Positions 24,462 to 37,681 of a stretch of 64,000 nt of DNA are shown in pieces (position 1 is the stretch's first letter; each line of letters begins with the position of its first letter). The notes beneath the pieces were generated by a model that ran no database searches, was not told the origin of the DNA, and worked only from the letters and a program-made list of their open reading frames with translations. The position numbers and the translations under genes are program-made. The DNA is from Eledone cirrhosa. Taxonomy: Eukaryota. The stretch lies in the NCBI GenBank assembly GCA_964016885.1, contig OZ024741.1:46748001-46812000 (forward strand). Direction: 5' to 3'.

Positions 24462-24862
24462 TTTATGGTATCGATTATTTCTGAGGGTGTGACTAACATA
24501 GACGCCACAACTCTCTCCAAGAATAGTAGCAGACGTGCAGCTAAGAAGATCAGAACTGTGGGGACTGAACACATAAAGGAACAATTTGCTGTACCAGACT
24601 TTGTTACCTTGCATTGGGATGGCAAAATAATTCCTGGTGACCACGAGAGGCTAGGTGTGCTAGTTGCTGGAACTCCGGACTTCAGAGAAGGTAAACTCCT
24701 CAGTGTTCCCATAATTCCTGATGGCACTGGAACCACCCAAGCCAAAGCATCATTTGATCTTGTTAAAGATTGGAATGTTGATGGGTCTGTGGTGGGCTTG
24801 GTCTTCGACACAACTGCTTCGAATTCTGGATGGAAGAATGGTGCCTGCGTGAAACTAGATAC
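24462..24862 (+). pseudogene. hAT (hATm-like) transposase fragment
   Basis: LHWDGK ... LVFDTTASNSGWKNGAC. Confidence 0.75.
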
Positions 24863-25255
24863 ATATATATAATTCCTATAAAAACCTGAGCATTCTGGTA
24901 CAGTAAACATAATCTCTGATGATATGGAATCGATTGTGCATTGGATGTCGAATGCTGTACTAACTATATAATATTATAGATGCAGCGAGATCTAGGCAAA
25001 TTGATGTCTATTGAAACGTACGTTAGAACCGAATAAATCTCTTTTACTGCATCTTTCTGTTCTTTTTGATTCTTTATACACGCCCCGGAGTATAGCTAAA
25101 CTGGAATATACACCTATTTTCTGCATGTCGTTGAGCACCACTCTGTTGTAAGCTGACCTTTTCCTACACGGTACATAACACTGTGTCCTGGAAAACCTTA
25201 ATGCACTCGTGCATAACCAATTATATATATACATATATATGTATTTACATATATA

Positions 25256-25860
25256 TGGTGGCTGCCAACTCGTTTTCGAGTACGGCCACTACTTTATATC
25301 CATGTAGAAGAACCCCTACCGATGCGCTGAACAAGTGTGACTTTTTAGTCCAGCCAGCGACTTGAAAACTCTGGTACAAACACTACACTTGTGACAATTA
25401 TTGACACATAGTGCTGGGCCCATGGTACCATGTGAGGACAAGTGCAGAGAGATCTCCAGATATAAAACAATGCCTGTGCCGTGAAGCTTTTATAGTGAGC
25501 AAAGGCATTGCACAGAGCCAGTCCCACTCTCTTAACCAAGATGATACTTACCAAACAGAAGAACAAGTCAACATCATTGGATACCATCAGGGTTGCAGGT
25601 GTTATATCAGAGTTTTCCTTCTCCTAGAATTCTGCCTTGACAAAGGCTAAGGGGTCATCTCTCCCAGTGATTTTGGATGGCCATTGACTCTTAAGAGATC
25701 CTTTGCCTTTTGACAGGTTTTGTTTTTAGTCGTGCAGGATGTCCAAAGTCACCCTCCTCCCCAAGAAACCTTGGTGGGGTTGCCAGTTTAGTCGCCAACG
25801 ATCCAACCATGAGACAGGTTGTACTGGGATACATGTTACTAGTAGCACCAACTGGTGACC
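25256..25860 (-). mobile_element. ~600-bp non-autonomous RTE-like derivative, copy 1
   Basis: Close copy at 36969-37546; minus strand encodes a C2H2-like remnant HKCSVCTRVFKSLAGLKSH near its 3' end. Confidence 0.7.
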
Positions 25861-25861
25861 T

Positions 25862-26352
25862 GACATATATATACATATATATGTACATACGTATATACAT
25901 ATATATACATATATATACATATATATATATACATATATATATATACATATATACATATATATATATATATATGTATATACATATATATACATATGTATAT
26001 ACGTATATACATATATATACATATATATGTATATACATATATACATATATATACATATATACATATATATGTATATACATATATACATATATATACATAT
26101 ATACATATATATACATATATATGTATATACATATATACATATATATACATATATATGTATATACATATACATATATATATATACATATATATGTATATAC
26201 ATATACATATATATATACATATATATATGTATATACATATACATATATATATACATATATATATATATACATATATATATATACATATATATACATATAT
26301 ATATATACATATACATATATATATATACATATATATATATATACATATATAT
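25862..26352. repeat. (TA)n/(TATACA)n microsatellite
   Basis: Direct reading; similar tracts at 23460-23628, 23988-24275, 27935-28337, 35405-35772. Confidence 0.98.
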
Positions 26353-26389
26353 AAATCAGGAAAGAAGGTTTACATGGTTTGCTATACAA

Positions 26390-26900
26390 AAAAGTTTTTA
26401 ATCACATAGCATACATTTGTTTCACTGAACTGGTATGTCTAGAGATCGCTATTCGCTTAATTTTGCGTTACTCGATCGCCAATACAGAATTATAACCAGT
26501 CAGATCTTCGTAGCATGCGAGAATGAAGAAAATACACAGGCAAGAAAAGAAAAGAAAATACAGGCTACTATATGAAGTAGTAATGGCATTCAATTAGAAC
26601 AATAACAACAATTACAACAATGCTATCAATAAATTATTTAAGGAGACCCTGACATTACTTAGGTGGGGGGTATATAATGTATCTAATGTTACGGCGTGTA
26701 AAACTAGCTGTCATAAGGCAAAATGAAGCGTTGGCATGTACAAAGTATCGTAGTGTATATCAATTTTAAATTATAAAGATAAGCTAGTTTTTACAGTCTT
26801 TCTCTTCATCTTCAACAGTATACATGAGTGGGACCACTGTCAAAGCTAAATAGTTGTAGAGTTAATACAGAGGTTAACGAATTAATATACGCATACATTT

Positions 26901-26947
<47 letters not shown>

Positions 26948-27720
26948 CACATATATACACATGCATGTGTACATAGACACATACATACACATCAATATAC
27001 ACTCGTACAAAAATATACATACATGCAAAGAGAAAAGCGTGCTAATTGTAATTATGGCAAAAAGAAGGTAAAGTAACATTGTAGTAGTGAAATGAGAAAA
27101 ACTAGGATTTAGGATCAAATGATGGCAGCAGCTGAGAAGGAGTAAGATTGTTGGTAGATGAGGTACTTACAGACAATTGTGTGGTATAGACTTGTGAAGG
27201 ATATAGTATATATTTCTGTGGGTAGTAGGTATTCTAATTTAAAGCTATGTTATGTTGGTTCGATTCACGGAGGTTTGAATCTTATGAATTTAGTGGCTAT
27301 TCTATGTCTGCAGAAGATAGATCTTTCTAACTTATTGTTAAGTAGCCTTTTAACATTTCTAAGGATATACAATAGCTCAAGATCACATAGCCCGCAATAG
27401 GACATCCCTGTACTATAGGTTTTAGCAGCCGACAACTTCGACCAGTTGATACTGTAGTTAGTGTTGCTGTCCTTCAATTCCCATATTTTTTTGGCGAGGG
27501 TGGTGGAACCCATAAGTGCACGGTTTTTCATTGAGTGCCTGTGCACATACCATCTTTTCTTAAAAGAACCCGCGGTGGATCCTATGTAATTCCAGGTGGA
27601 GTTACCCAAGATGACAGTGCACATGTACACCAGGCTCGAATCAAGACATCTGTTCGCCAATGGGCACCTATCTGGGAGGTGACAGTTACAGTTTGACTGC
27701 ATTTAACTATTATTTGTTAA
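26390..27720 (-). mobile_element. Naiad-type PLE 3' part (GIY-YIG 27265-27702 + 3' UTR with degenerate hammerhead)
   Basis: CNCHLPDRCPLANRCL, VY...YIGST..FKKR, CGLC, LNNKLE...CRH. Confidence 0.85.
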
Positions 27721-27973
27721 TCCGTATATACATATATATATATATATATACATATATATATACATATATATATACATATATATATATATAAAGAATTAAT
27801 ATCTAGTAACATATATATACATACAGATGCATATCAATGCTAGCAAATATATAGGTTTTGTCTTAGTAACTTTGTGGTTCAATGCATGGGGTTGCAGAAC
27901 AATAATATGAGACGTAAAATAAGAAAATTATAAAATTATATATATATACATATATATACATATATATATATAC

Positions 27974-28010
<37 letters not shown>

Positions 28011-28077
28011 TATACATACATATATATATATACATATATATATATACATATATATATATACATATATATATATATAC

Positions 28078-28224
<147 letters not shown>

Positions 28225-28285
28225 CATATATACATATATATATATACATATATACATATATATATATACATATATATATATATAC

Positions 28286-28339
<54 letters not shown>

Positions 28340-28342
28340 TCT

Positions 28343-28818
28343 CTCACTATCATATACGTCGCTCTCTCACTCCCCCTCACTCCCTGCCAACCAAATATCA
28401 ATAAGTCTTGTTACGGGGGACAAAACTCAGAATTTGTCAACTATTATGATGGTCAGTCGGTCAGTCTACTTCTAAGAAATGTAACGTACATATTTCATTT
28501 TCTTCTCAACTCTCCACCCCACCCTTCGGTTCATTCATCTATATATCTATAATCCCACAGAATTAAAAAAAAAACTCGTATTCATAATTGTCTTTCTATA
28601 ATTCTGTCTCACTGTTCTAAAAATCTTCTCCACCTTGTTCTAAATAATATTCCCGCAACCATTTTTGCCGTAAAAAAAAAAAAAAAAATTTTTTTCCAGG
28701 ATTCATAGAAATGGCCTCTCTCTCTCAGCCCGCTAAAATCGCCTCTCACTCTCTCACTATCATATACGTCGCTCTCTCACTCCCCCTCACTCCCTGCCAA
28801 CCAAATATAAATAAGTCT
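28343..28818. repeat. ~66-bp direct repeat pair (28343-28408, 28753-28818)
   Basis: CTCACTATCATATACGTCGCTCTCTCACTCCCCCTCACTCCCTGCCAACCAAATAT present twice. Confidence 0.85.
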
Positions 28819-28989
28819 GCTCCTCGCAAACTACCCCATACTCCTCCCTCCCGCCCCCACTCTCCACCTTATTATTTGGACCAATCACAAGTCAACGGCC
28901 TATGCTATCACTTCTGGTTGCTTTTCGATATGATGGATGAACTAGGGAATTTCTGGAGAGTCTGAAGAATCTGGACACCCGAAGACAAT

Positions 28990-31045
28990 GCAAAAGATAA
29001 CGACAAATTCACCTCATGCTGCCGGACGAAAGGGCAAGGCCCCCCCTCTCTTTGTTGCGGCCGCGGATGGCCAACATAACCCCAACCCCATCCACCTCAC
29101 CCCTCCCTGCACCCCACCCACCAAACGCAATCCAAAACTTCAGAGTTGGTACCATGAATGTAGGGACCTTAAAAGGCCACTCTAACGAGGTTGTAGAAAT
29201 GCTTGAACGTAAGGAGGTTGATGTTTGCTGTATCCAAGAGACCAGGTGGAGGGGCGGGTCTGCTAGATTCATTGTGGGTAAAAAACGATGCTATAAGCTT
29301 TTCTGGGTGGGAAATGACAATGGGCTGGGTGGGTATCATATAGCAGAAAAATGGGTGGATAAGATAATAGACGTAAATAGAGTAAACGACAGAATAATTA
29401 AAATAAGACTTGTTCTAAATAGAACTACTGTGACGATAATATCTGCGTACGCACCCCAATCCGGACTGCCTGGCGCTATAAAAGACAGTTTCTATGAGAC
29501 ACTGATGCTCACTACCTCCCAAATAACCGACAGTGACTATATAATTATTGCTGGCGACCTAAATGGTCACGTTGGACAACATTGTGACGGCTATGATAGA
29601 ATCCACGGAGGCTATGGGTTTGGTACTAGAAATGAGGAAGAATCCTGGAATTCTGTGACGCAAATAACCTAACTATCTGTAACACTAACTTCAAAAAACA
29701 AGACAATCACTTGATCACCTACAGATCAGGGGAACATACCAGCCAGGTAGATTATATCCTTACCGGAAGACGTGACAGAGTGTCTGTTGTAAACACTAAA
29801 TCCCTCCCCCATGAAGAATGCACCTCCCAACATAGACTGATAATTAGCGACCTCATAGTCAGGACGAGACGTACTCGACAGCAGAAGAGGACTATCCTCA
29901 GGAGAAAAATATGGAAGCTAAAGGACCCCACAACCAGAAATAAATTTAAAAGCATATTACTTGATGCTTCCGTCAGTAAGGAAGAGCATTTAGAGTCGTA
30001 CAATATAGAGGAATAGTGGGAATTCCTGAAAGCAAACATGCTGATGGCGGCAGACGAAGTCTGTGGCCGGAGCAGGCCTATAGGCAGGAGGAGAGTAACA
30101 TGGTGGTGGAACAGTAAGGTGGAGGAGTCAATTAAGGTCAAAAAGCAGGCTTGGAAAGTATGGCGGGATGGGGGAAGTAGAGAAGACTATCAAGTGGCCA
30201 GGAGGGAAGCTAGGAGACAAGTGTACATCGCAAGAAGGGAAGCAGAGGAAAGAAAGTTCAAGCATGTTCTACAACGCGAGGACCAAAAACGTGAGGTGTT
30301 CAGGATTGCTAGGCAATGTGTCAAGGAAAACCGTGATATTGTTAGGGAGAAGTGTGTACTTAATGATGATGGCGTACTTGCCATCACTGACGCTGATAAG
30401 AAGGTAGCTTGGAAGTGTCACAACGAAAGGCTACTAAATGAGGAGAATAAATGGGAGAAAGACAGTCGCCCCTACATCGACCCAATAGAGGGACCGGCAG
30501 TGTTAGTCGAAGGTAGTATAATAAGTAAGGCAATCAAAGATATGAAGACGGGTAAGGCGGCTGGGCCTTCGGAAATAGTTGCTGAAATGCTGAAAGTCTC
30601 TGGAACGGTGGGACACACCATGGTCACCCGGATAGTAAACCAAGTCATACAGAATGGGGTTGTTCCGAAGGACTGGCGTAGCAGCATCATCATTAACTGC
30701 TACAAGGGTAAAAAAGATGCCCTAGATAGGAGTAACTATAGGAGCATTAAATTAATCGACCAGGTCATGAAAGTCACAGAAAAAGTAATAGCGCAACTAA
30801 TCAGAGAGAGAATTGATCTAGATGAAATGCAGACGCTCTTTTCATTGTACGACAACTACAGGAGAAGTACCTAGCTAAAAGTAAACCCCTATACTTAGCT
30901 TTTGTCGACTTGGAGAAAGCCTTCGACAGAGTCCCCCATTCCATTATCTGGTGGGCTCTTAGAAAACTAGGTGTTGATGAATGGCTTGTGAGAGCTATAC
31001 AAGCCATGTATAAAGAAACAGTCAGCAAGGTTAGAATTAACAATG
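28990..31045 (+). mobile_element. RTE-clade LINE, 5' half (APE + N-terminal RT), disrupted and 3'-truncated
   Basis: GTMNVGTL, CIQETRW, SAYAPQ, GDLNGHVG, KAAGP, FVDLEKAFDRV. Confidence 0.92.
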
Positions 31046-31533
31046 TACGTAAAATTATTTATTCTCTTAATCTCTTCTGGTTTTTTAGGTTTATTAGGGC
31101 TTATAAGCTTTATGCGCTTATTGAGGTGTTTTTTAAGGTGCTTTTAAGAGATCCCAAGTCTTTTACTTTTAATGCGTAACTTATAAATTCTTTAATTTTT
31201 AACCTTCAATCCCTAACTTTTAGGCCCTTTTCAAATTCTCTTAATTCCCTCTAACCCATCCCTTTTACAACTCCTACAACTATTATAAAAGAGCCCCCTT
31301 AGAATATAGACCCCAGATAAACAAGCTGAGCTGTTGATGTATACCACGATTTCAAACTGCTAATCTTGAGTGAAACGTTGATGAAAATAATGAACTTACA
31401 ATTACTTGTTATATGCCTTGAAAAGTCCCACCATATGTGATCATCGCGATTTACGTACGACCTACCATACATCTTGCTTATTTAGCTCGCTCCGGTAGAG
31501 CTTAATCTTCACTGAAAGACAAACCGCCCTGGG

Positions 31534-34137
31534 GTGGCTTTTCACTACACCGACAGTATACTGACAAAGGACCATCTTCCGTTATCACTTAAGAATATAC
31601 CCATATCACCAAGGGATACTTATGAAAAGCAGCTTATAGCCAGCGTTAATCCGTTTGTAAGGAGAATAAGATGGCGCACCTTCCACTTCGATAGACGCCG
31701 TAGCGCCCCACTAGAGAGTCCATCGAATAATAAGTATGGGTTTACGACATTTAGGAGCTCCCCCCATAACCCTCTACTCGATAAATTTGAGAGTGACCTA
31801 TTGTCTCTCGTCCAGTCTATTAGGTATAAAAAAAAAAACAGTAAGCCTAGCGGCTTCCAAACTGAGTTAGAATCACTAGTTAAATCTTTTAAGGACAGGA
31901 ATTGTATACTCGTACCCTCGGACAAGACTAAGAATATGTACAGCCTGAGTTATGAAGAATACCGCGGATTCATATACAAAGAACTACATAAAAACTATAA
32001 AAAAACCACTGTAGCCAACCTAAATGAGATTAACAGGGAGGCTAAAGTGATAGTAACGAAGCTAGGATTAGAGAAATGCACACAGCCTTACATCCCCCGC
32101 CAACCAAGGTTCACGTTGAAAGATCATAAGGAGGACTTTGCAAATAGCCCCTCTGTCAGGCTCATAAGCCCCTCTAAATCTGACATAGGGATTATAAGTA
32201 AAAAAAATACTGGATGAAGTCATACCTAAAGTTAAGGATAGGATTAGCCTGGAGCTGTGGGGAAACACTGCGGAAGTGATAAAGTGGTTCTCAAGCATTA
32301 GCAACCACAAATCACTACGCTTCATCCAGTTTGATATAGACTCCTACTATACGTCTATATCTCCTATAATACTGAATAAGGCGCTCATACTGGCAATGCG
32401 GACAGGCGGAATCACTAGATCCCAGATTGACATAGTTCTTGCCGCTCGTAAAACAATTATCACATTTGAGGATGAATTGTGGACGCGCAAGAACACACAT
32501 AATAACTTCGACATCACTATGGGTCTAGTGACTCGGCACAGGTGACAGACCTCGTCGGCTTATACCTGCTCAAGGAGCTCAACGAGCAGTTCCCACACCT
32601 CAGAGGTGGGCTGTACCGTGACGACGCATTGCTTACTGTGGAGTTTAAACGACACAACCTAGAAAGAACTAGAAAGGACCTATATAAATTCTTCAAGAGC
32701 TTTAACCTATCAATAACTATGGATAGAAATATAAGGTAGTCAACTTTCTAGATGCCACACTAGACCTAGATAAGTTAGAATATGCACCGTACCATAAACC
32801 TAACGAGAGGCTGACATACGTCAATGCCAGCTCCAACCACCCAGGCTCAGTCCTCAAAGCAATAGTTAAGGGAGTATCTAGTAGGATTAGCGGACTATCT
32901 AGCAGCGTGACCGCATTTAAGGCGAACGCGGAGTATTACAATAAGGCGCTAGCTGGGTCAGGGCACAAAGATAAACTTCATTATATTGAGACAAATGGCA
33001 CCACCCCACTACCCCAACCCAGCACTATAATCACACATATGTCCATGGGGGATGGAGGGAGGTCTAGAAAGACGAATAGGGACAATAAGAATTTAGGTAA
33101 GAACACCAACACTCGCAATGCAGACTCGGATAGGGCCCGCACGGTTGGAAAGCGTTACGCCGCCCCAAGCAAGACCAACAGTGAAAACGGGGGCCAGAGG
33201 TCTAGGAGATTCGAGACCAGTACACATACTACCGGGAGCCCAGGACGCACACCTGGCAGAACCCATAATAATCTAGATAAAGGGAGGTTAAGCAGCATAG
33301 GGGATACGAAACGCAGTGGAAAGAATAGAAGATGTAATAGCACCTTCTTTAACCCGCCCTTCAACTCTAAATTTATTACAAACCGCCCCAAATATTTTTT
33401 CTCTTTGATAGATAGGAACTTCCACCCAGGTAGTAGGTACGGTAGTGTCATCAATAAGAAAACTATCGTACTCGACAACCCCTAATCTGGCCTCCCACCT
33501 AGCCAAGACCAATAAGAATAAGATTAAAGAGGGACTTAAGGCCATCCGAAATAGTGAACCACGCCAGTACACACGACAACATGGGACCAACCCACTGAGT
33601 GAAAGACCCAGGGGGATAACAGGCAATAAACCCGGTCCCACTAGGCAGCCCCGCGGCCGCTTGGAGGGACATACACCCCTGATTGAGGAGCACGACCCTA
33701 TTAGGAAGTGTAATTGCCGACGGAAGGACAAATGCCCACTAGCTGGACACTGTCTTATTAAGAACGTAGTATATGCTTGTAATGTAACCACAGACACGTA
33801 TACTAAGACGTATATGGGGTCAACCGCTAACCAGTTCAAGACGAGATTCAACGCCCACCAGCATAGCTTCCAAAATGAGAAGCTTAAAAATACCACATCG
33901 TTAGCGGGACACATACATAACTTAAAACAAGCAAAAACCCCCTACACACTAAGCTGGAGATCCCTTACTAAAGCTCCTCCATATAGCTCGTTAAGCAGGT
34001 TTTGTAGCCTGTGCCTAACTGAATCTCATGCCATAGTATTCTCAGGACTTAACTTGCTCAACAGGAGGTCAGAAATCTTCTCGTCCTGCCCCCATACTAT
34101 ACTTAGCTCTTTCTTTTTCTTCAGACCGGACACCTAA
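31534..34137 (+). mobile_element. Near full-length Naiad-type PLE ORF (RT + GIY-YIG), several frameshifts
   Basis: SLKNIPI, PSDKTKN, LKDHK, FDIDSYY, GGLYRDDAL, YHKPN, CNCRRKDKCPLAGHCL, YMGST, CSLC. Confidence 0.92.
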
Positions 34138-35418
34138 CCCTGACCCCACCCTGTCTCGCACATGGCTGCCCCGCTGGCGAATAGGTTGCTCTTGAGTAAC
34201 CCCGGCCCCAGTGATGCCTCGGCTCCCCACTTGCCGATGGGGACTCTGGTGAGGAACAGTCGATCCTGTGTCCCACTTGTCAAAATGGGATTGGTGACAG
34301 CATTGTTGCTGGGCGCTCTGGGAGCCGCTGATGCCTGCAGTGTGGGATATTGCGAGTGCCTGGACCCACGCCGCCTGGTCTGAGGATGTACCGTCGGGGA
34401 TACATAACACATTCGGGAATTTGCCCAAGAGAACAGTAGCGGAGCACCCAATGTGGCGGCTTTTCCCTGCCTGTAACCAATCACCCCTCCCCCACCCAAT
34501 GGCTCCCCCTCCCCATTCTCTCCCATTCATTTTTTTTGAGTTCGTTCTTTATTAATAAGGATTTTTTGTATATTACCACGGTTGACATAAGTTTGGAGAG
34601 TTGACTCCCTTGATGTCTGACCACTCGATAAGATAGGGATTATGCCCCTTGAACTAGGGTATATCTTGCTAGTCTACCTGCTGTCAGCTACTACCCGCGA
34701 CTGGACATGGTGGTAGCCACAGGCCTGCGCATGCGCGGTAGCATGGAGTATGTATTTTCTGCTAGTCACCCCGTGTAATATGATACCCCAATATTCCATG
34801 CACGGGAATCACCAAAGCATGCGCAGACTTAACCGGGAGATGACATGCGAATTTGAAAATACCACAAGAGAGATCCTTTAGATAGCATAGACGCCGGACC
34901 ATACCCGCAAATATCTGCATATACACCGTGATCTATCTTGAATATGCATAACTGACAGGATATAGAAGCAACATGGATAATACGACCACCATCTAAGCTA
35001 GAACAGACTCCTACTACATATAACAACAAACAAAGAGGGGACAGTCCTTAGCATTTAACCAGTCACGTGTGAACTTGGAATTGGTGAGAGGAGGGGATAA
35101 TAGCGAGAGACACAATATACCACCCCAGCCAAAACTGGACTTTTTTACCAATATATCCTATACAGCAAAACTTTTGATTTAGAACCGGCAGGCTGATCTA
35201 TCGCAAACGCGTGCGATCCCACGCATGGCTTAATAACTGGCACGACCGAAACTACATGGAAAAGATCGAACGGAGCACACCCTGCGACTACTAGCTGTTT
35301 GATCAGCAGGTCCATCTCCCAGAGAGTGCACACAGCTGATAGTGAATCCCAGTTGATTCGTGAACTTTTCAACAAGACCAACTGTACCCGGAGCTATACA
35401 GATGATACATATATACAT

Positions 35419-35453
<35 letters not shown>

Positions 35454-35458
35454 CATAC

Positions 35459-35498
<40 letters not shown>

Positions 35499-35542
35499 AT
35501 ACATACATATATATACATATATACATACATACATATATATAC

Positions 35543-35591
<49 letters not shown>

Positions 35592-35620
35592 CATATATAT
35601 ATACATATATATATATATAC

Positions 35621-35651
<31 letters not shown>

Positions 35652-35664
35652 CATATATATATAC

Positions 35665-35743
<79 letters not shown>

Positions 35744-35771
35744 CATATATATACATATATATATATATATA

Positions 35772-36882
35772 TCATCATCATCATCATCATCATCAGGTTT
35801 AGCGTCCGTGTTCCACGCTTGCATGGGTTTGGACGGGGGTTTTCCCACTTGAGGCAAGAGTGGTTGTCTTGCTCGCATAGGACTGTCTGGCGGGTTTTCT
35901 ACAGTTGGATGCCCTTCCTAACACCAACCACATTTACAGTGTGGGGCTGGGAGGTTTTTACCGTGTTGCCTACACGGCCACATTACAGCGTGGACTGTCT
36001 GGCGGGTTTTCTACAGCTGGATGCCCTTCCTAACACCAACCACATTTACAGTGTGGGGCTGGGAGGTTTTTACCGTGTTGCCTACATGGCCACATTTACA
36101 GCGTGGACTGTGTGTTTTTTGTCGTGACACCTACACGATCTCATTTGTTTCGGCCTGGATGTTGTGGGACCAACATAACTTTACATTGAAAGGGGCGGTG
36201 TGGGTGGGGTGGAGGTGGTGGGGCGGGGGTGTGTTTTGATAGAGATGCCTACTGACTGTAGTAGGTTTTTACTTTGTATTTAGGTAAGGCGGGTCTTCTC
36301 TATTACTGAGTACCGCCAAAGGTCTCGGTCCAGTGACATTGTCTTGGAGAGGTGTAAGCGTGTGAGGTCGGAATTTATCAGCTCGTCCCATGTTTTTCTG
36401 GGTCTGCCTACTCCGTGGCTACCGTCTATCTTTATTGCCCTGCACTTTGTTATACAGCTGTCGTCTTTCATGCGCATCACGTGACCGTACCAACGTAGCC
36501 TTCTCTCGAGTAAACAACATCTGATCCCTCTTATTTCTAATTTTTTCCTTAGTTCGTTTATGCTTTGCCGTTCACGTATATTACTATTGCACATCCAGCG
36601 GAGCATGCAAGCTTCGTTCCTCTCTAGTCTGCGTATATCCTCTGCACACAATGCCCAGGTCTCACTGCCATGCAGCATTGCTGTTCGTATGCAGGCATCG
36701 TATAACCTGCCTTTCATCTTTAGGGAGAACCCTCTAGCGGCTAATAGTGGTATAAGCTCTCTGAACTTTTTCCATCCAGTTCTGACTCTAGCTACTGTAC
36801 TTTCAGAGCACCCTCCCCCACTGCTGATTTTGTCACCCAGATAACGGAAGCTGTCCACTATTTCTATAGAACCCTCTGCGCA
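35772..36882 (-). mobile_element. RTE LINE 3' fragment with an internal ~112-bp 3' UTR duplication
   Basis: Near-identical to 49504-50495; ORF 36280-36882; (GAT)n tail. Confidence 0.92.
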
Positions 36883-36968
36883 GTATATATATATACATAT
36901 ATATATATACATATATATATATATACATATATACATATATATATATACATATATACATATATATATAT

Positions 36969-37546
36969 GGTGGTGGCTGCCAACTTGTTTTCGAGTACGG
37001 CCACTACTTTATATCTATGTAAGAGAACTCCTACCGATGCACTGAACGAGTGACATTTTAGTCCAGTCAGCGACTTGAAAACTCTGGTACAAACACTACA
37101 CTTGTGACAATTATTGACACATAGTGCTGGGCCCATGGTACCATGTGACGACAAGTTCAGAGAGATCTCCAGATATAAAGCAATGCCTGTGCCGTGAAGC
37201 TTTTATACTGCACAAAGCCAGTCCCACTCTCTTAACCAAGATGATATTTACCAAAAAGAAGAACAAGTCAACATCATTGGATACCATCAGAGTTGCAGGT
37301 GTTATATCAGAGTTTTCCTTCTCCTAGAATTCTGCCTTGACAAAGGCTAAGGGGTCATCTCTCCCGGTGATTTTGGATGGCCATTGACTCTTAAGAGCTC
37401 CTTTGCCGTTTGACAGGTTTTGTTTTTAGTCCTGCAGGATGTCCAAAGTCACCCTCACCAAGAAACCTTGGTGGGGTTGCCAGTTTAGTCGCCAACGACC
37501 CGACCATGAGACAGGTTGTACTGGGATACATGTTACCAGTAGCACC
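36969..37546 (-). mobile_element. Non-autonomous RTE-like derivative, copy 2
   Basis: Aligns to 25256-25852. Confidence 0.7.
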
Positions 37547-37642
37547 AAATACACATATATATATATATATATACACACATATATATATATATACACATAT
37601 ATATACAAACATATATATATATATATACACACATATATATAT

Positions 37643-37674
<32 letters not shown>

Positions 37675-37681
<7 letters not shown>

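Noticed and set aside
31325-31385. CTGTTGA...GAAACGTTG possible hammerhead upstream of a Naiad
   Set aside because: Core mutated and no stem I or convincing stem II
33445-34260. Selenoprotein-type Naiad (UGA at Cys positions plus SECIS)
   Set aside because: The conserved Cys are ordinary Cys codons in the copies I could read, and TGAN/NGAN candidates at ~34211 and ~56357 lack a proper helix II and AA loop
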